Of a stretch of 64,000 nt of DNA, positions 19,738-30,157 are shown piece after piece. Position 1 is the first letter of the stretch, and every line of letters begins with the position of its first letter. Position numbers and translations under genes: made by a program. The stretch is from Alphaproteobacteria bacterium (GTDB lineage Bacteria; Pseudomonadota; Alphaproteobacteria; UBA7887), in assembly GCA_965216755.1 (NCBI GenBank), contig CBDCGL010000011.1, forward strand, positions 1,248,001 to 1,312,000, given 5' to 3'. The notes below the pieces were generated by a model, which saw only the letters and a list, made by a program, of their open reading frames with translations, was not told where the DNA came from and searched no databases.

Positions 19738-20661
19738 ATGCACAATCGCCCCAGAATCTTTGACGCGCGGAATAGAGCCTTTGTCGCCTTTTGCAGCATA
19801 GTGCTACTTGCCTCGGCCCTCTGGTCCAGGCCGGCGATGAGCGGTTATGCAAAGGTGTCGGACGATCTTACGATTTACTATGACGAGTCAGGCAAGCCGG
19901 ATGGCATCCCAATCGTGTTCACGCCGGGCTGGACCCTGACGGTTGCGACCTTCGAGCGCCAGTTGGCGCATTTCGCCGAGTCGGACACCTATCGGGCGAT
20001 CGCCTATGACCCGCGTGCCCATGGCCTTTCCACCAAGACGGCCGAGGGCCATACCTACGAGCAGCATGGCCGCGATCTGCATGCGTTCATCACGACCCTC
20101 GGACTGGAGAACGTGATAATTGCCGGGCACTCATACGGCGTGCTTAGCATGCTGACCTATGTCGAACAGTTCGGTATAGACAATCTCGCTGGCATGGTTG
20201 TCATCGACGGTACGCCGAAGAGCCTTGGCGAAGACAACTCCAAGGAGTGGATCTGGTTTCGCCAGAACGATTCGGATGGCTTCCGCCAATACTTCACCAT
20301 GGGTCCACTGCAAGACAGGGAATCCTTCAATGTCGAGTTCGCCAAATGGATGATCGAGGATCAATCGTCAGAGAACTTGGCGTGGATCGATGCGGTGTCG
20401 AACGGAACGCCCAATACGATAGCCGCCTTGCTCAACGAGACTGGCGCCTATGTGAACCAGACTGAGACGCTCAAGGGGTTGGCAGGCAAACTTCCGTTGC
20501 TTTACGTCTTCCGCGATGAGTGGAAGGATATTGCTCCGCCCTTGGCGCGCGAGTATACGCCAAGCGCGGATATCGTGGTCTTAGGCAAACACATGATGTT
20601 CTGGGAGCGCGCTGACCAGTTCAATGCTGCTCTCGACGCATATCTTGCGAAGCTCCCTTGA
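19738..20661 (+). CDS. Alpha/beta hydrolase (non-heme haloperoxidase-like), probably exported
   Basis: YDPRAHGLS, GHSYG nucleophile elbow, C-terminal His in GKHMMFWE; hydrophobic N-terminus. Confidence 0.85.
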   Translation: MHNRPRIFDARNRAFVAFCSIVLLASALWSRPAMSGYAKVSDDLTIYYDESGKPDGIPIVFTPGWTLTVATFERQLAHFAESDTYRAIAYDPRAHGLSTKTAEGHTYEQHGRDLHAFITTLGLENVIIAGHSYGVLSMLTYVEQFGIDNLAGMVVIDGTPKSLGEDNSKEWIWFRQNDSDGFRQYFTMGPLQDRESFNVEFAKWMIEDQSSENLAWIDAVSNGTPNTIAALLNETGAYVNQTETLKGLAGKLPLLYVFRDEWKDIAPPLAREYTPSADIVVLGKHMMFWERADQFNAALDAYLAKLP

Positions 20662-20753
20662 GACTGGCCTACCCGACCCTACAAGCTACGGCAGCGCAGT
20701 ATCTTCGCGTTGCCGTTTTCTCTCGAGGACACCCTAATGTGTATCGGCGTTAG

Positions 20754-22058
20754 ATGACTGTGATGCGGTTTACCGAGGCGCCGACTTCCGCGGATTTGCT
20801 GTCTCAGCAACAGTCTGCCTGGGAGCGCCAGCGCCAAGTCGTGGTCGATAAATCGGTATTCTATCGCAAGCTTTGGCAGGGTCTCGCTCCGCCAAAGGAT
20901 CTGCGTGACCTTCCCAATCTGCCGCTGTCGGACAAGAAACAGCTACGGGCATCGCAGGCAGCGTGTCCGCCCTTCGGCGACTACCTTGCCAGCCCTGCTG
21001 CTCACGTCGCACGTCTTCACCGCACCTCGGGCACCACCGGGCAGGCGATGACTCTCGCCCTGTCGAAGCAGGATTGCGAGGTCACCGAGATGGTCGGCGG
21101 CCGTTGCTTTCGGGCAGCGGGTCTTACTACTGGCCACAGAGTCGTGCATTGTTTGAACTATCAAATGTGGATTGGCGGGTTGACCGATCATCTGTGCCTC
21201 GAACGTACCGGGGCGACAGTGATTCCCTTCGGCGTAGGCAGCAGCAGGACCCTCATCCAAACGATTCTCGAGCTGGGCGTGACCGCAATCTCGTGCACGC
21301 CATCCTATCCCGCGGTGCTCGAACGCGTTCTCGAAGAGCAGTTTAGCGATGTCCGTCCCAGCGACCTCGGCTTGAAGCTGGGCCTATTCGGTGGCGAGCC
21401 CGGCCTCGACGATCCGGCGTTGCGGCAGCGCATTAGCGATACTTGGGGCATAGCGCCACGCAACGCAAATTACGGCGTTTCCGACGTGCTTTCGATCTTC
21501 GCTGCCCAATGCGAGCATGACACGCGGTTGCACTTCTTTGCGGACCACGTTCTATATCCGGAACTCATCGATCCGGATACTGCGGCGCCGCGTGCCATCG
21601 AGGCCGGCCAGCGGGGTGAGCTGGTGCTCACTCATCTCATGCGCGACTGTCAGCCTCTGGTGCGCTTCCGCACGGGTGACATCATAGCGGTTGACGAGAC
21701 CGAGCCATGCGCATGTGGGCAAGGTGGAATGCGATTTCGCGTCGTCGGACGCTCCGACGACATGGTCGTGGTGCGCGGCCTCAATCTGTATCCAACCATG
21801 GTGTCCGCCGTGGTTGCCACTTTCTCGGAGCTATCGGGTGACTTCCGCATCGTGCTCGATCATGCGCCGCCATACGACTTCTTGCCTTTGCAGGTAGAGC
21901 TTGCAAAAGGGCAAAACGTAACTCGAAAACTTGCCGGCAAGGTGGAGCAGGCTATCAAGACCAGGCTCGGCGCGTCCGCCAAAGTGAGCGTTCTGCCGGC
22001 GGCGAGTTTCGCGGGGACGCCTGGTAAGACACCCCGCGTCGTTAGGAGGTATGCATGA
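20754..22058 (+). CDS. Phenylacetate-CoA ligase (PaaK)-family protein
   Basis: RTSGTTG, SCTPSY, GGEPG, YGVSD, PLVRFRTGD, GRSDDMVVVRG. Confidence 0.88.
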   Translation: MTVMRFTEAPTSADLLSQQQSAWERQRQVVVDKSVFYRKLWQGLAPPKDLRDLPNLPLSDKKQLRASQAACPPFGDYLASPAAHVARLHRTSGTTGQAMTLALSKQDCEVTEMVGGRCFRAAGLTTGHRVVHCLNYQMWIGGLTDHLCLERTGATVIPFGVGSSRTLIQTILELGVTAISCTPSYPAVLERVLEEQFSDVRPSDLGLKLGLFGGEPGLDDPALRQRISDTWGIAPRNANYGVSDVLSIFAAQCEHDTRLHFFADHVLYPELIDPDTAAPRAIEAGQRGELVLTHLMRDCQPLVRFRTGDIIAVDETEPCACGQGGMRFRVVGRSDDMVVVRGLNLYPTMVSAVVATFSELSGDFRIVLDHAPPYDFLPLQVELAKGQNVTRKLAGKVEQAIKTRLGASAKVSVLPAASFAGTPGKTPRVVRRYA

Positions 22059-22816
22059 CCGTATTCGAATATGAAACTGTATTGAGCGGTCTCGACGAGA
22101 ATGGCGTGCGAACCATATCTCTGAACCGGCCCGATAGCCTGAATGCCATGAACCCTCAGTTGATCGAGGATGTGGCCAAAGCCTTCGAGGATGCGAACGG
22201 TGATCCTGCGACACGGGCCATCCTTTTTACGGGAGAAGGGCGTGCTTTCTGCGCCGGGGACGACAGAAAGGAGCACGTGCATCCGGAGAGCGAAACGCAG
22301 GCTCGTGCTCTGGTAACTCGGATTCAGCGGGTGACACGCGCGATAGTTTACGGAGGCAAGCCGGTCGTCGGCGCCATCAATGGCTGGGCAGTCGGCGGCG
22401 GCTTCGAATGGGCAATCAACTGCGATTTTCCGATATGGGCTGAGGGCGCGAAAGGCTTTTTCCCCGAGATCTCGCTCAATCTATTTGTAACCGGAGGGGT
22501 TACGTCGTTGCTACCCGCCTTGGTCGGGTTCAATACGGCGCGGGAAATGCTGTTTTTAGGTGAGCGCTATGATGCCAGGGCGCTATTCGATTTGGGTGTT
22601 GCCTGGCGGGTCGTCCCTGACGACCAGCTGCAGGATGAGGCTCGCAGTGTGGCGACCCGCTTGGCCGCTTTGCCGCCCCTCTCCGTCAGAGCCATGAAAC
22701 GGGTGCTTGCCCAAACAGCGGCGACTGACCTCAATCTGGCCCTAAATCTGGAGACAGAAGCAACGATTGCTGGCTTTCTTGATCCCGAGACGACGAGCCG
22801 GCTAAAGGCATTCTAA
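22055..22816 (+). CDS. Enoyl-CoA hydratase/isomerase family protein
   Basis: LNRPDSLNA, AFCAGDD, INGWAVGGGFE, FPE; ATGA overlap with the upstream ligase. Confidence 0.9.
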   Translation: MTVFEYETVLSGLDENGVRTISLNRPDSLNAMNPQLIEDVAKAFEDANGDPATRAILFTGEGRAFCAGDDRKEHVHPESETQARALVTRIQRVTRAIVYGGKPVVGAINGWAVGGGFEWAINCDFPIWAEGAKGFFPEISLNLFVTGGVTSLLPALVGFNTAREMLFLGERYDARALFDLGVAWRVVPDDQLQDEARSVATRLAALPPLSVRAMKRVLAQTAATDLNLALNLETEATIAGFLDPETTSRLKAF

Positions 22817-23075
22817 CGTGAGGCCGACAGGTCACTTTTACCCCCGAGCAGCTCTTCGACGAAGATTCCCAGCAACTGTGGTCGGCTGTTCGCCATCCTG
22901 TTTCGAGGCTGTCGACCATAAGCCGTCGAAATACTTACTGAGCACTTCGGCGATCCGAGCTCACTCTACGGGATCTTGCGCCCAGCTATCGATGCCGAGC
23001 AGCAAGGCATGAACGTCGCAAACGGGTCAATTCCCGTTGTCAGGAGCACTTCCGATGCACGTCTGATAACCGACG

Positions 23076-23162
23076 AACAGCAGACATTTCAGCAACTTAC
23101 GTCCGTTTCTGAGTGGAACCCGGACGTTTGAGCCAGGGCCCCAGTGGGTCGGCCCGTAGCCA
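23076..23162 (+). repeat. 87-bp diverged direct repeat, copy 2
   Basis: Homologous to 18303-18389; contains ACGTCCG..CGGACGT hairpin. Confidence 0.75.
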
Positions 23163-23425
23163 AAACCTGCCTTTCTAGACGGCCGCCACGAGCTCGATAG
23201 CCCTCACACTGCGATATCCAGTGGCGCAAATTATTTCGGTACAAGGCAGAGCAGGTGCTCGTGTCATTTCGCCTTGAGAAGACCTCAGTCCCCATTCACT
23301 GGCCAGAGCGTTAAGGGCTTCAATTAACTTGCTGGTCGGCGCCTGTCTGGGGTTTCCACTCTGGCGAAGAAAGGATTATTTTGGCTATTCGCTCGATACC
23401 ATCTGATCAAGACCTTGGAGCTCTC

Positions 23426-24022
23426 ATGAAGTCTATAGAATTCTGGTTTTCGGTTGGCAGTACCTATAGTTTCCTGAGCATCATGCGTCTGGCAGATGTC
23501 GAAACCGAGACGGGAATCTCCTTCGATTGGCGCCCCTTTAGCGTGCGTGCCATCATGACCGAGATGGACAATATTCCGTTTGCCAATAAGCCAATCAAAG
23601 CCCGGTATATGTGGCGAGATATTGGACGGCGAGCAGAGAAATATGGCATCGAAGCTGTCCTGCCGGCACCATATCCTCTGCAGCAATTCGATCTGGCCAA
23701 TCGAGTTGCCATCGTAGGCCGGCAAGAGGGTTGGTGTCGTGACTACGTCATCGCCACCTATCGTCGATGGTTTCAGCATGGCCAACCCGCGGGTAGCGAG
23801 CCGAACCTGACAGAGAGCTTAGCCGAGATCGATCAGCGCCCGGAGCGAGTGATCGAACTGGCCAATACTCCGGAAATTGAAGTTGCCTACTTGGAGTCGA
23901 CAGACGAAGCGCGTTCCCGCGGTATCTTCGGCTCCCCGACATATGTTGTCGGGCGGGAGTTATTCTGGGGTGATGACCGCTTGGAAGACGCAATCTTCTG
24001 GCATCGCACTGGCGAAATCTGA
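23426..24022 (+). CDS. 2-hydroxychromene-2-carboxylate isomerase / DsbA-family protein
   Basis: IEFWFSVGSTYSFL, YMWRD, GIFGSPTY..ELFWGDDRL. Confidence 0.9.
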   Translation: MKSIEFWFSVGSTYSFLSIMRLADVETETGISFDWRPFSVRAIMTEMDNIPFANKPIKARYMWRDIGRRAEKYGIEAVLPAPYPLQQFDLANRVAIVGRQEGWCRDYVIATYRRWFQHGQPAGSEPNLTESLAEIDQRPERVIELANTPEIEVAYLESTDEARSRGIFGSPTYVVGRELFWGDDRLEDAIFWHRTGEI

Positions 24023-24260
24023 TGGGCGGCCGAAGCGTCATTTGACTGATCGGTCCACCATTCCGTTCTTGCTGGGCAAGCTGAATGACGTCCGGACTCG
24101 GGCGTAGATTTTACGTAACAAACCGAAATAGCTGCATTTTTCTCCAGCCCTTTGTCATCGGAGCCGTCTGATTTTTCCTGGGTGCAGCCAACAAGAGATA
24201 TGCGACATATCGGCTGCGCGCTTTCTTCCTCACGTGTAACCTCGCGTTTGGAGGTTACGC

Positions 24261-27200
24261 ATGACTGCTATTGGCGAGTGGCTCGAAGGGTTGGGGCTCG
24301 GTCAGTTCACCGAGGCCTTTGAGGCCGAGCAGATCGACTTAGATGCCTTGCCCGATATAACCGAGCAGGACCTCAAGGACATGGGGTTGCCAATCGGCCC
24401 AAGGCGAAAGATTCTTCGGGCAATCGACGCGCTAGGATCGAGCATCAACGACCCAGCCCCGCCGTCTTTGACGTCGCCTTTGCCCGAACCAAGCATGAAA
24501 TTTGTTCCGGACGCGGAGCGCCGTCAGATCACAGTGATGTTCTGCGATCTCGTGGGCTCCACAGCACTTTCCGAACAGCTCGATCCCGAGGACCTCCGAG
24601 ATTTGATGCAGGCCTACCAGCAAGCTTGCGGCGCAGTGGTAGAACGCTATGAAGGCCATGTGGCGCAATACTTGGGCGATGGACTGATGGTCTACTTCGG
24701 TTGGCCGCGTGCCCATGAGGATGATGCCGAGCGTGCGGTACGAGCCGCTTTGGACATTGTTGGTTCCGTGAAAGCGGTCGATGCGCCGACGCCCTTACAG
24801 GTGAGATTGGGCGTTGCCACCGGACCGGTGGTGGTCGGTGAGACCGGCGGCGGTGATGCCTCAGTGCCTAAGCTCGCGGTCGGCGAAACACCCAATTTGG
24901 CGGCCCGCGTGCAAGGACTGGCGGCCCCAGACGAGATCATCGTCGCGCCGGTCACGCGCGATCTTATCGGCGCGCTGTTCGACACGGACGACCTTGGTTT
25001 GCACGGACTCAAAGGCATCATCGAGCCGGTACGCGCATGGCGGGTCAACGGTTTGGCACGAGTCCAAGGACGTTTCGCGGCCAGGCGCGCAGGTGTGCGC
25101 ACGGCAATTATGGGGCGCGACAGCGAAATCACCCTGATCATGGATCGTTGGCAACGTGCCAAAGACGGTGAGGGCCAAGTCGTTCTGCTGAGTGGAGAGG
25201 CGGGAATCGGCAAAAGCCGGCTTGCCCAAGAGGTACGGGAGCGGATCGCCAGCGAGGGCCACACACGCTTGCTCTATCAATGCACGCCTTTTCATGCGAA
25301 TGCAGCATTCCATCCGATCATCGAACAGCTGCGGCACGCCCTGGATGTCACGCCCGCCGACCCGTCGCAGGACCGTTTATATCGGCTGGAAACACTCCTC
25401 GCCCAGAGTACAGAGTCGCTAGAAGAAGTTATCCCACTACTAGCTTCGCTGTTGTCGTTGTCGACGGAAGGTCGGTATCCGGCACTCGATCTCTCGCCTC
25501 GGCAACACATGGAACAGACGATTGGTGCTCTGGTGGCGCAAGTTTTGGGATTGGCAAAAAGTCGACCTGTTCTGATTATTCTTGAAGACGCGCATTGGAT
25601 CGATCCGACTACTCTCGAAACGTTTGGCGAAATCATTGCGTCAATTCACAACGCCCGGGTTCTTATCATCATCACCCATCGACCGACATTCGTGGCACCG
25701 TGGACGGGGCAGGCACATGTTGCGGTTCAGAACTTAAGCCCATTGAGCCGACGCCAAGGCGCGGCCATGGTCGCGCAGCTCACGGATGACAAGACCCTGC
25801 CGCGGGAGATATTGGACCGAATCGTCGACAGGACTGATGGCGTGCCTTTGTTTGTCGAAGAACTCACTCGAACCGTGCTCGAGGAGGGTTCGCTGAGCGA
25901 CGCGGGTGACCACTACGAGCTGGCCGTTCCATTGCAGCAATTTGCCGTTCCTGCGACGCTTCAGGATAGCCTGACGGAGCGACTTGATCGTCTCGGTCCC
26001 GCTAAGGAAGTTGCGCAAGTTGCCGCCTGTATCGGGCGCCGCTTTTCACGCTCGCTGTTGGCCGCGGTGAGCTCCGTTCAAGGCACAGCGCTTGACGCAT
26101 CCTTGGATACCCTTGTTGGCAGCGGATTGGTGTACGTCACCGGATCGGGTGCCGATCCTGCCTTCGCATTCAAGCATGCCCTTGTCCAAGAGACGACATA
26201 CGCCGGGCTGTTGAGACGCACCAAGCAGCGTATTCGAGCCACCATCGCCGATCGCCTGATCGAGGACGACCAACAGGGCCGGGGCTGCGATCCGCTCGCA
26301 GTTGCTGACCATCTTATCGCGGCGGATAAGAGTCTCGGTGCTCTGCCGTGGCTTCGCCGCGCGGCCGCCCAAGCCGTCAGTGCGGGTGCTCTGCGCGAGG
26401 CGTCAGATATCCATTCGCGTGCCTTAATATTAATTAGTGAACTCAATAAGACCGCAGAGACACGGCAAGCCGAGTTGGAGATTCTGATCGATAGTGCCCC
26501 GGTGAAGGTCGCTCTGACCGGTTGGGGCACGGAAGATATCCGAACGATGCTTGCACGCGCCCTGCAGCTCGCTGTTCAACTCGGTGACACGTCTGCACAG
26601 TCGATGGTGCTATATCACATCGCGACCATGCACGAAGTCAGGGGCGAGTTTGCGCTGACTCAGGACACATTGGCGCGTCGAAAATGTCTGCTTGGCGAGA
26701 CGCCCCAACGCCGTAGTGAGGTCGAGTCAAATGAGCTCTTGGCATGTTCCACATTTCACCAAGGTCGTTTCGACAGCGCCATCAGCCATGCCGAAAATGC
26801 GCTTGATCGTTACCAGGCGGCGGCACACCGTTTGATCGGCATCAACCTGGCGGAAGACATTGCTGCGGCTTGCGAGTTTTGGATTGCCAAAGCGCTGTTG
26901 CTTCAGGGACAAATTGGTGCGGCAAGGGCCCGCTTCGAGACAGCGAATGCCGCCGCGCATGACTCGCCGCATTGGTTTGCCCGGTCCCATGCCGAGCTCG
27001 AAGCGGCTGTTTTCTATGCCTACCTAAGAGACAGCATGGCGACGCTCAAACACGCAGCCCGGGCGGCAGAAATGTCGGAGGCAAGTGGGCTCGCCTATCG
27101 CGAAACCGTTTCGGCGCTGATCGCCGAATGGGCGCAACTGATTGGCGGCGACCGGCCGGTCCGGCTCGACGAATTTCATCGCCGCCTCAATCTTTGTCGT

Positions 27201-27626
27201 TCTGTTGGTGCCATGATTGACTATCCGTTTTTTCTCGGGCTCTTGACTGAGGCCTTTGCGCGCGCGGGCGATGCGGACAAGGGCCTGTCAACTCTCAACG
27301 AAGCCTTGGCTTTGTGCCGGCACAGCCAAGGGTTTTTCTTCGAGAGCGAGTTGCACCGGTTGGGCGGGGAAGCCGTGCTTCTGAGTCGGGCGGATCAGAC
27401 CTCTGACGCCGAGACACGCTTTGCGCGGGCGTTGGATGTTGCGAAAGCACAAGGCGCGCGTTTACTCGAGCTCCGCGCCGCCAATTCACTTGCGCGTCTT
27501 TGGCAATCCCAAGGCGAACACCAGCAAGCCTACGACCTACTCGCACCCGTCTACGAGTGGTTCACAGAGGGCTTTGACGTAGCAGATCTAACGGACGCGA
27601 AAGCGCTATTGGACGTGTTGAAATAG
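24261..27626 (+). CDS. SAM-adenylate/guanylate cyclase-AAA ATPase-TPR protein
   Basis: SAM WLEGLGL..LKDMGL; ERRQITVMFCDLVGST, YLGDG; GEAGIGKSRL, EDAHWID; C-terminal LELRAA..YEWFTEGFD. Confidence 0.92.
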   Translation: MTAIGEWLEGLGLGQFTEAFEAEQIDLDALPDITEQDLKDMGLPIGPRRKILRAIDALGSSINDPAPPSLTSPLPEPSMKFVPDAERRQITVMFCDLVGSTALSEQLDPEDLRDLMQAYQQACGAVVERYEGHVAQYLGDGLMVYFGWPRAHEDDAERAVRAALDIVGSVKAVDAPTPLQVRLGVATGPVVVGETGGGDASVPKLAVGETPNLAARVQGLAAPDEIIVAPVTRDLIGALFDTDDLGLHGLKGIIEPVRAWRVNGLARVQGRFAARRAGVRTAIMGRDSEITLIMDRWQRAKDGEGQVVLLSGEAGIGKSRLAQEVRERIASEGHTRLLYQCTPFHANAAFHPIIEQLRHALDVTPADPSQDRLYRLETLLAQSTESLEEVIPLLASLLSLSTEGRYPALDLSPRQHMEQTIGALVAQVLGLAKSRPVLIILEDAHWIDPTTLETFGEIIASIHNARVLIIITHRPTFVAPWTGQAHVAVQNLSPLSRRQGAAMVAQLTDDKTLPREILDRIVDRTDGVPLFVEELTRTVLEEGSLSDAGDHYELAVPLQQFAVPATLQDSLTERLDRLGPAKEVAQVAACIGRRFSRSLLAAVSSVQGTALDASLDTLVGSGLVYVTGSGADPAFAFKHALVQETTYAGLLRRTKQRIRATIADRLIEDDQQGRGCDPLAVADHLIAADKSLGALPWLRRAAAQAVSAGALREASDIHSRALILISELNKTAETRQAELEILIDSAPVKVALTGWGTEDIRTMLARALQLAVQLGDTSAQSMVLYHIATMHEVRGEFALTQDTLARRKCLLGETPQRRSEVESNELLACSTFHQGRFDSAISHAENALDRYQAAAHRLIGINLAEDIAAACEFWIAKALLLQGQIGAARARFETANAAAHDSPHWFARSHAELEAAVFYAYLRDSMATLKHAARAAEMSEASGLAYRETVSALIAEWAQLIGGDRPVRLDEFHRRLNLCRSVGAMIDYPFFLGLLTEAFARAGDADKGLSTLNEALALCRHSQGFFFESELHRLGGEAVLLSRADQTSDAETRFARALDVAKAQGARLLELRAANSLARLWQSQGEHQQAYDLLAPVYEWFTEGFDVADLTDAKALLDVLK

Positions 27627-27798
27627 GCCTTTGCAACCGTTCCTAAGTGGACTGCTTCGGGTCAAAAGCACGTATGCTCGGCTGCTCCGGTTCGCAGCCG
27701 GAACTGAAGCCAAAACGGACCACAGCGTGCGCCGACACGAGTCCGGGGCGGAGAGAGTTTCCCCGCCCCAATCGCTTGACCGCGCTCTTAACGACAGG

Positions 27799-28262
27799 CT
27801 AGAGCGCTTTCCGACCATATTGAGTCAATTCTGTTTCCGGTCCGGCGCGGCGGTCCACACGAAGGGCGGCGCAGCGCGATGCTCGTGTCCCGAAACCGAA
27901 GTTCGTCACGTCTGACCCCAGGCACCTTACGAACTGCGGTTTCGTCAGGACACGAGTCGAATATTTGGATCTCGTGCGGTTCACGGATCGGACGTTCGCT
28001 CTGGTGCTCGCTGCGAGATCAAGCGAACGTCCAATCCACCGCACGAGCGCATCGGGCAAGTCGGCCGACCAACGTGGTCGTGCATATGGATTCCCATTGG
28101 GGGACGCCCGCCGGTCGCAAACCCGCAGGGCCGGGCGATTTTGTGACAATCTCGACGGCGATGTCCTTCGCCGTATGCCCGATACGGCCTGCGGACATCG
28201 ACTTGATCTTGTCACAAAATCGCTTCGGCAGGATGGTTCAATATGGTCGGAACGTGCTCTAG
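27799..28262. mobile_element. CTAG-ended MITE/palindromic element, long copy
   Basis: Terminal inverted repeat CTAGAGCGCTTTCCGACCATATTGA / TCAATATGGTCGGAACGTGCTCTAG (23/25 complementary); right part homologous to 48227-48408 in inverted orientation. Confidence 0.8.
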
Positions 28263-28331
28263 TCGCCACCAAAGGCGCATCGGAATCTCAGCCGCACCTG
28301 GGCGCAATAGCGCAACCGCTTTGGTGGCCGA

Positions 28332-29768
28332 CTACTCAAACATTTCTTTGAAATGGGTCGTCGCCCAACCGATCATTTCTTGGCCCATATCGGCGCTGCG
28401 TTGCATGTTGCGGTCTCGCCACGCAAACGCCGCGCCCGTGTCGGTCCAACTGGCAATCGTACGCTCCATGCTCATCGCCGTGATATCGGCTTGGGGCGGC
28501 AAATACTCCGATCCAAAGTAAATGGCCTCCATCGGATCGGCGCTGACCATCGAATAGCACGATGTATACGGACTCTCCCACGCGATCTCTTCACCCTTGA
28601 TGCGCGCGGCAATAACCTTTGCCACGAAACGCGCCTCGGCTTGCGCCGTGGAACCGCTTTTCGAGTAGCCGGTCGAACGCGAGTCACCGATCACGTAGAC
28701 CCGTTCGTCGTCGATAATATTATTTCTATATTGGTTGATCCGCGCTTCCATCTGCGGACTCGCGTCATTGACCAAACCCAACGTCTCAATCAGTCTCGCG
28801 CCGCGTATCCGCGGATAGATCGCGGCATCATCGAACGTATAGTCGTCGAATTCATCGATGACCGTTTTATTTTCGACGTCAACACCGACAACAGTAATTG
28901 ACGGGTAATATTCGATATAATCCTTATAGAGTTCGTCAAACGCGGCGTGAAACCCTTCCGCTTTTATCTTGATATCGTGATTGAAATCCAGAAGAACGAC
29001 TTTCGCACTCAGCTTTTTCCGCTTGAACACAGATGCGATCATGCAGGCGCGCTCATAAGGCGCCGGCATACAGCGATAGTTCCCGCTGGGCACGGTCAGC
29101 AAAAACAAGCCTTTTTCGAAATTGTCGACCTTGCGCTTAAGTGTTAAGTGCTCAGACCCGGGCTTGAAGGCGGCCGGAAAATTAGCCATCAGCGCATGTT
29201 TTTGGTCCGGATCATGCACGCCGATCGCATCGTAGTCATAGTCAATGCCGGGCGACAAAACCAAATAATCGTAGTCAATGTGCCCTTTCTCTGTGAAAAC
29301 GCGACGTATCTCGCGATCCACGTCCAAAACAGTCGCATTGAAGAACGTGTAGTTATTATTTCGCGCCGCGTCCAAAAAGCTATGCGTAATGAAGTCATAG
29401 TCGACCACATCGGCGAGCCAGAGATTACTGATTGGGCACGAGATGAACACGGCACGCCGCTCAACGAGAACAACGTCCAGTTCAGGACTGTGCATTTTCA
29501 AGTGCTTCGCGATGGTTAGACCGCCCCAACCACCGCCCACGACCACCGCCCGCAGTCCGCTCGGCGTCGGCAGCTCGGCTTGCTGATCGACAATGATGTT
29601 TGGTTTTATGACCGGGGACTTTGCCGCGTGGGCCGCGCCGAGTTGAGTCGTAGCCATCGCACCGACGACCCCCGCCGATGTCTGCAAAAAAGTCCGTCGT
29701 GAAATTCGTTTGGGCACGCGCTCGTTCCCTATGCTGGTCTTGAAGCCATCGTCCGGCCGAGTGTTCAC
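28332..29768 (-). CDS. Flavocytochrome c sulfide dehydrogenase flavoprotein (FccB/SoxF-like)
   Basis: Tat SRRTFLQ; VVVGGGWGG; FISCPISN (FAD-linked Cys); YRCMPAPYERA and TSCYS (redox Cys pair); SKSG. Confidence 0.85.
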   Translation of the reverse strand: MNTRPDDGFKTSIGNERVPKRISRRTFLQTSAGVVGAMATTQLGAAHAAKSPVIKPNIIVDQQAELPTPSGLRAVVVGGGWGGLTIAKHLKMHSPELDVVLVERRAVFISCPISNLWLADVVDYDFITHSFLDAARNNNYTFFNATVLDVDREIRRVFTEKGHIDYDYLVLSPGIDYDYDAIGVHDPDQKHALMANFPAAFKPGSEHLTLKRKVDNFEKGLFLLTVPSGNYRCMPAPYERACMIASVFKRKKLSAKVVLLDFNHDIKIKAEGFHAAFDELYKDYIEYYPSITVVGVDVENKTVIDEFDDYTFDDAAIYPRIRGARLIETLGLVNDASPQMEARINQYRNNIIDDERVYVIGDSRSTGYSKSGSTAQAEARFVAKVIAARIKGEEIAWESPYTSCYSMVSADPMEAIYFGSEYLPPQADITAMSMERTIASWTDTGAAFAWRDRNMQRSADMGQEMIGWATTHFKEMFE

Positions 29769-30157
29769 TTCCGCATCGCTTATGCATTGGCGTTACCGGC
29801 TTGCAATCCGATCGTAACAAACGCGCCAATAGGCGCAAAGTCAGTGTCTGGGCCCCCGCTTAACATATGGGAAACGGATAGCACAATTCCGTAGAGAGGT
29901 CGGTATTCGGACTGACCAATAAGCGATACCGCACAGGCACAAAATTGCTTCCTTCTCGCGTTCGCCCGTGGGCGGCGCCCTAGTCGACAGACGCCAGTGC
30001 CCAGAATTGATCAGCGTACCGTGAACACAGCGGACTAGCACTTATACGTGCCTATTGCGTCCTTGGATCTCCTCCTTCCATTGCAATTTTGGCGAGCTCT
30101 GGGCAACACTGGCCGCATAAGCGGACAAAACTGGGAAGCTAAAGAGTTTCGAAAATC

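Larger units (their letters stand above)
5718..27798. mobile_element. Putative tRNA-Leu-anchored genomic island (decayed; right end uncertain)
   Basis: Abrupt switch from housekeeping genes to defence-like, IS and cargo genes right after the tRNA 3' end; no integrase or attR copy seen. Confidence 0.5.

Noticed and set aside
22818-23012. Small ORF or gene remnant after the crotonase
   Set aside because: No RBS or recognisable family
24261-27626. Cyclase-AAA-TPR protein as a novel defence system
   Set aside because: Common multi-copy alphaproteobacterial architecture with no effector partner adjacent
27882-28047. Integron attC sites
   Set aside because: The hairpins lack RYYYAAC/GTTRRRY core sites and no integron integrase is present
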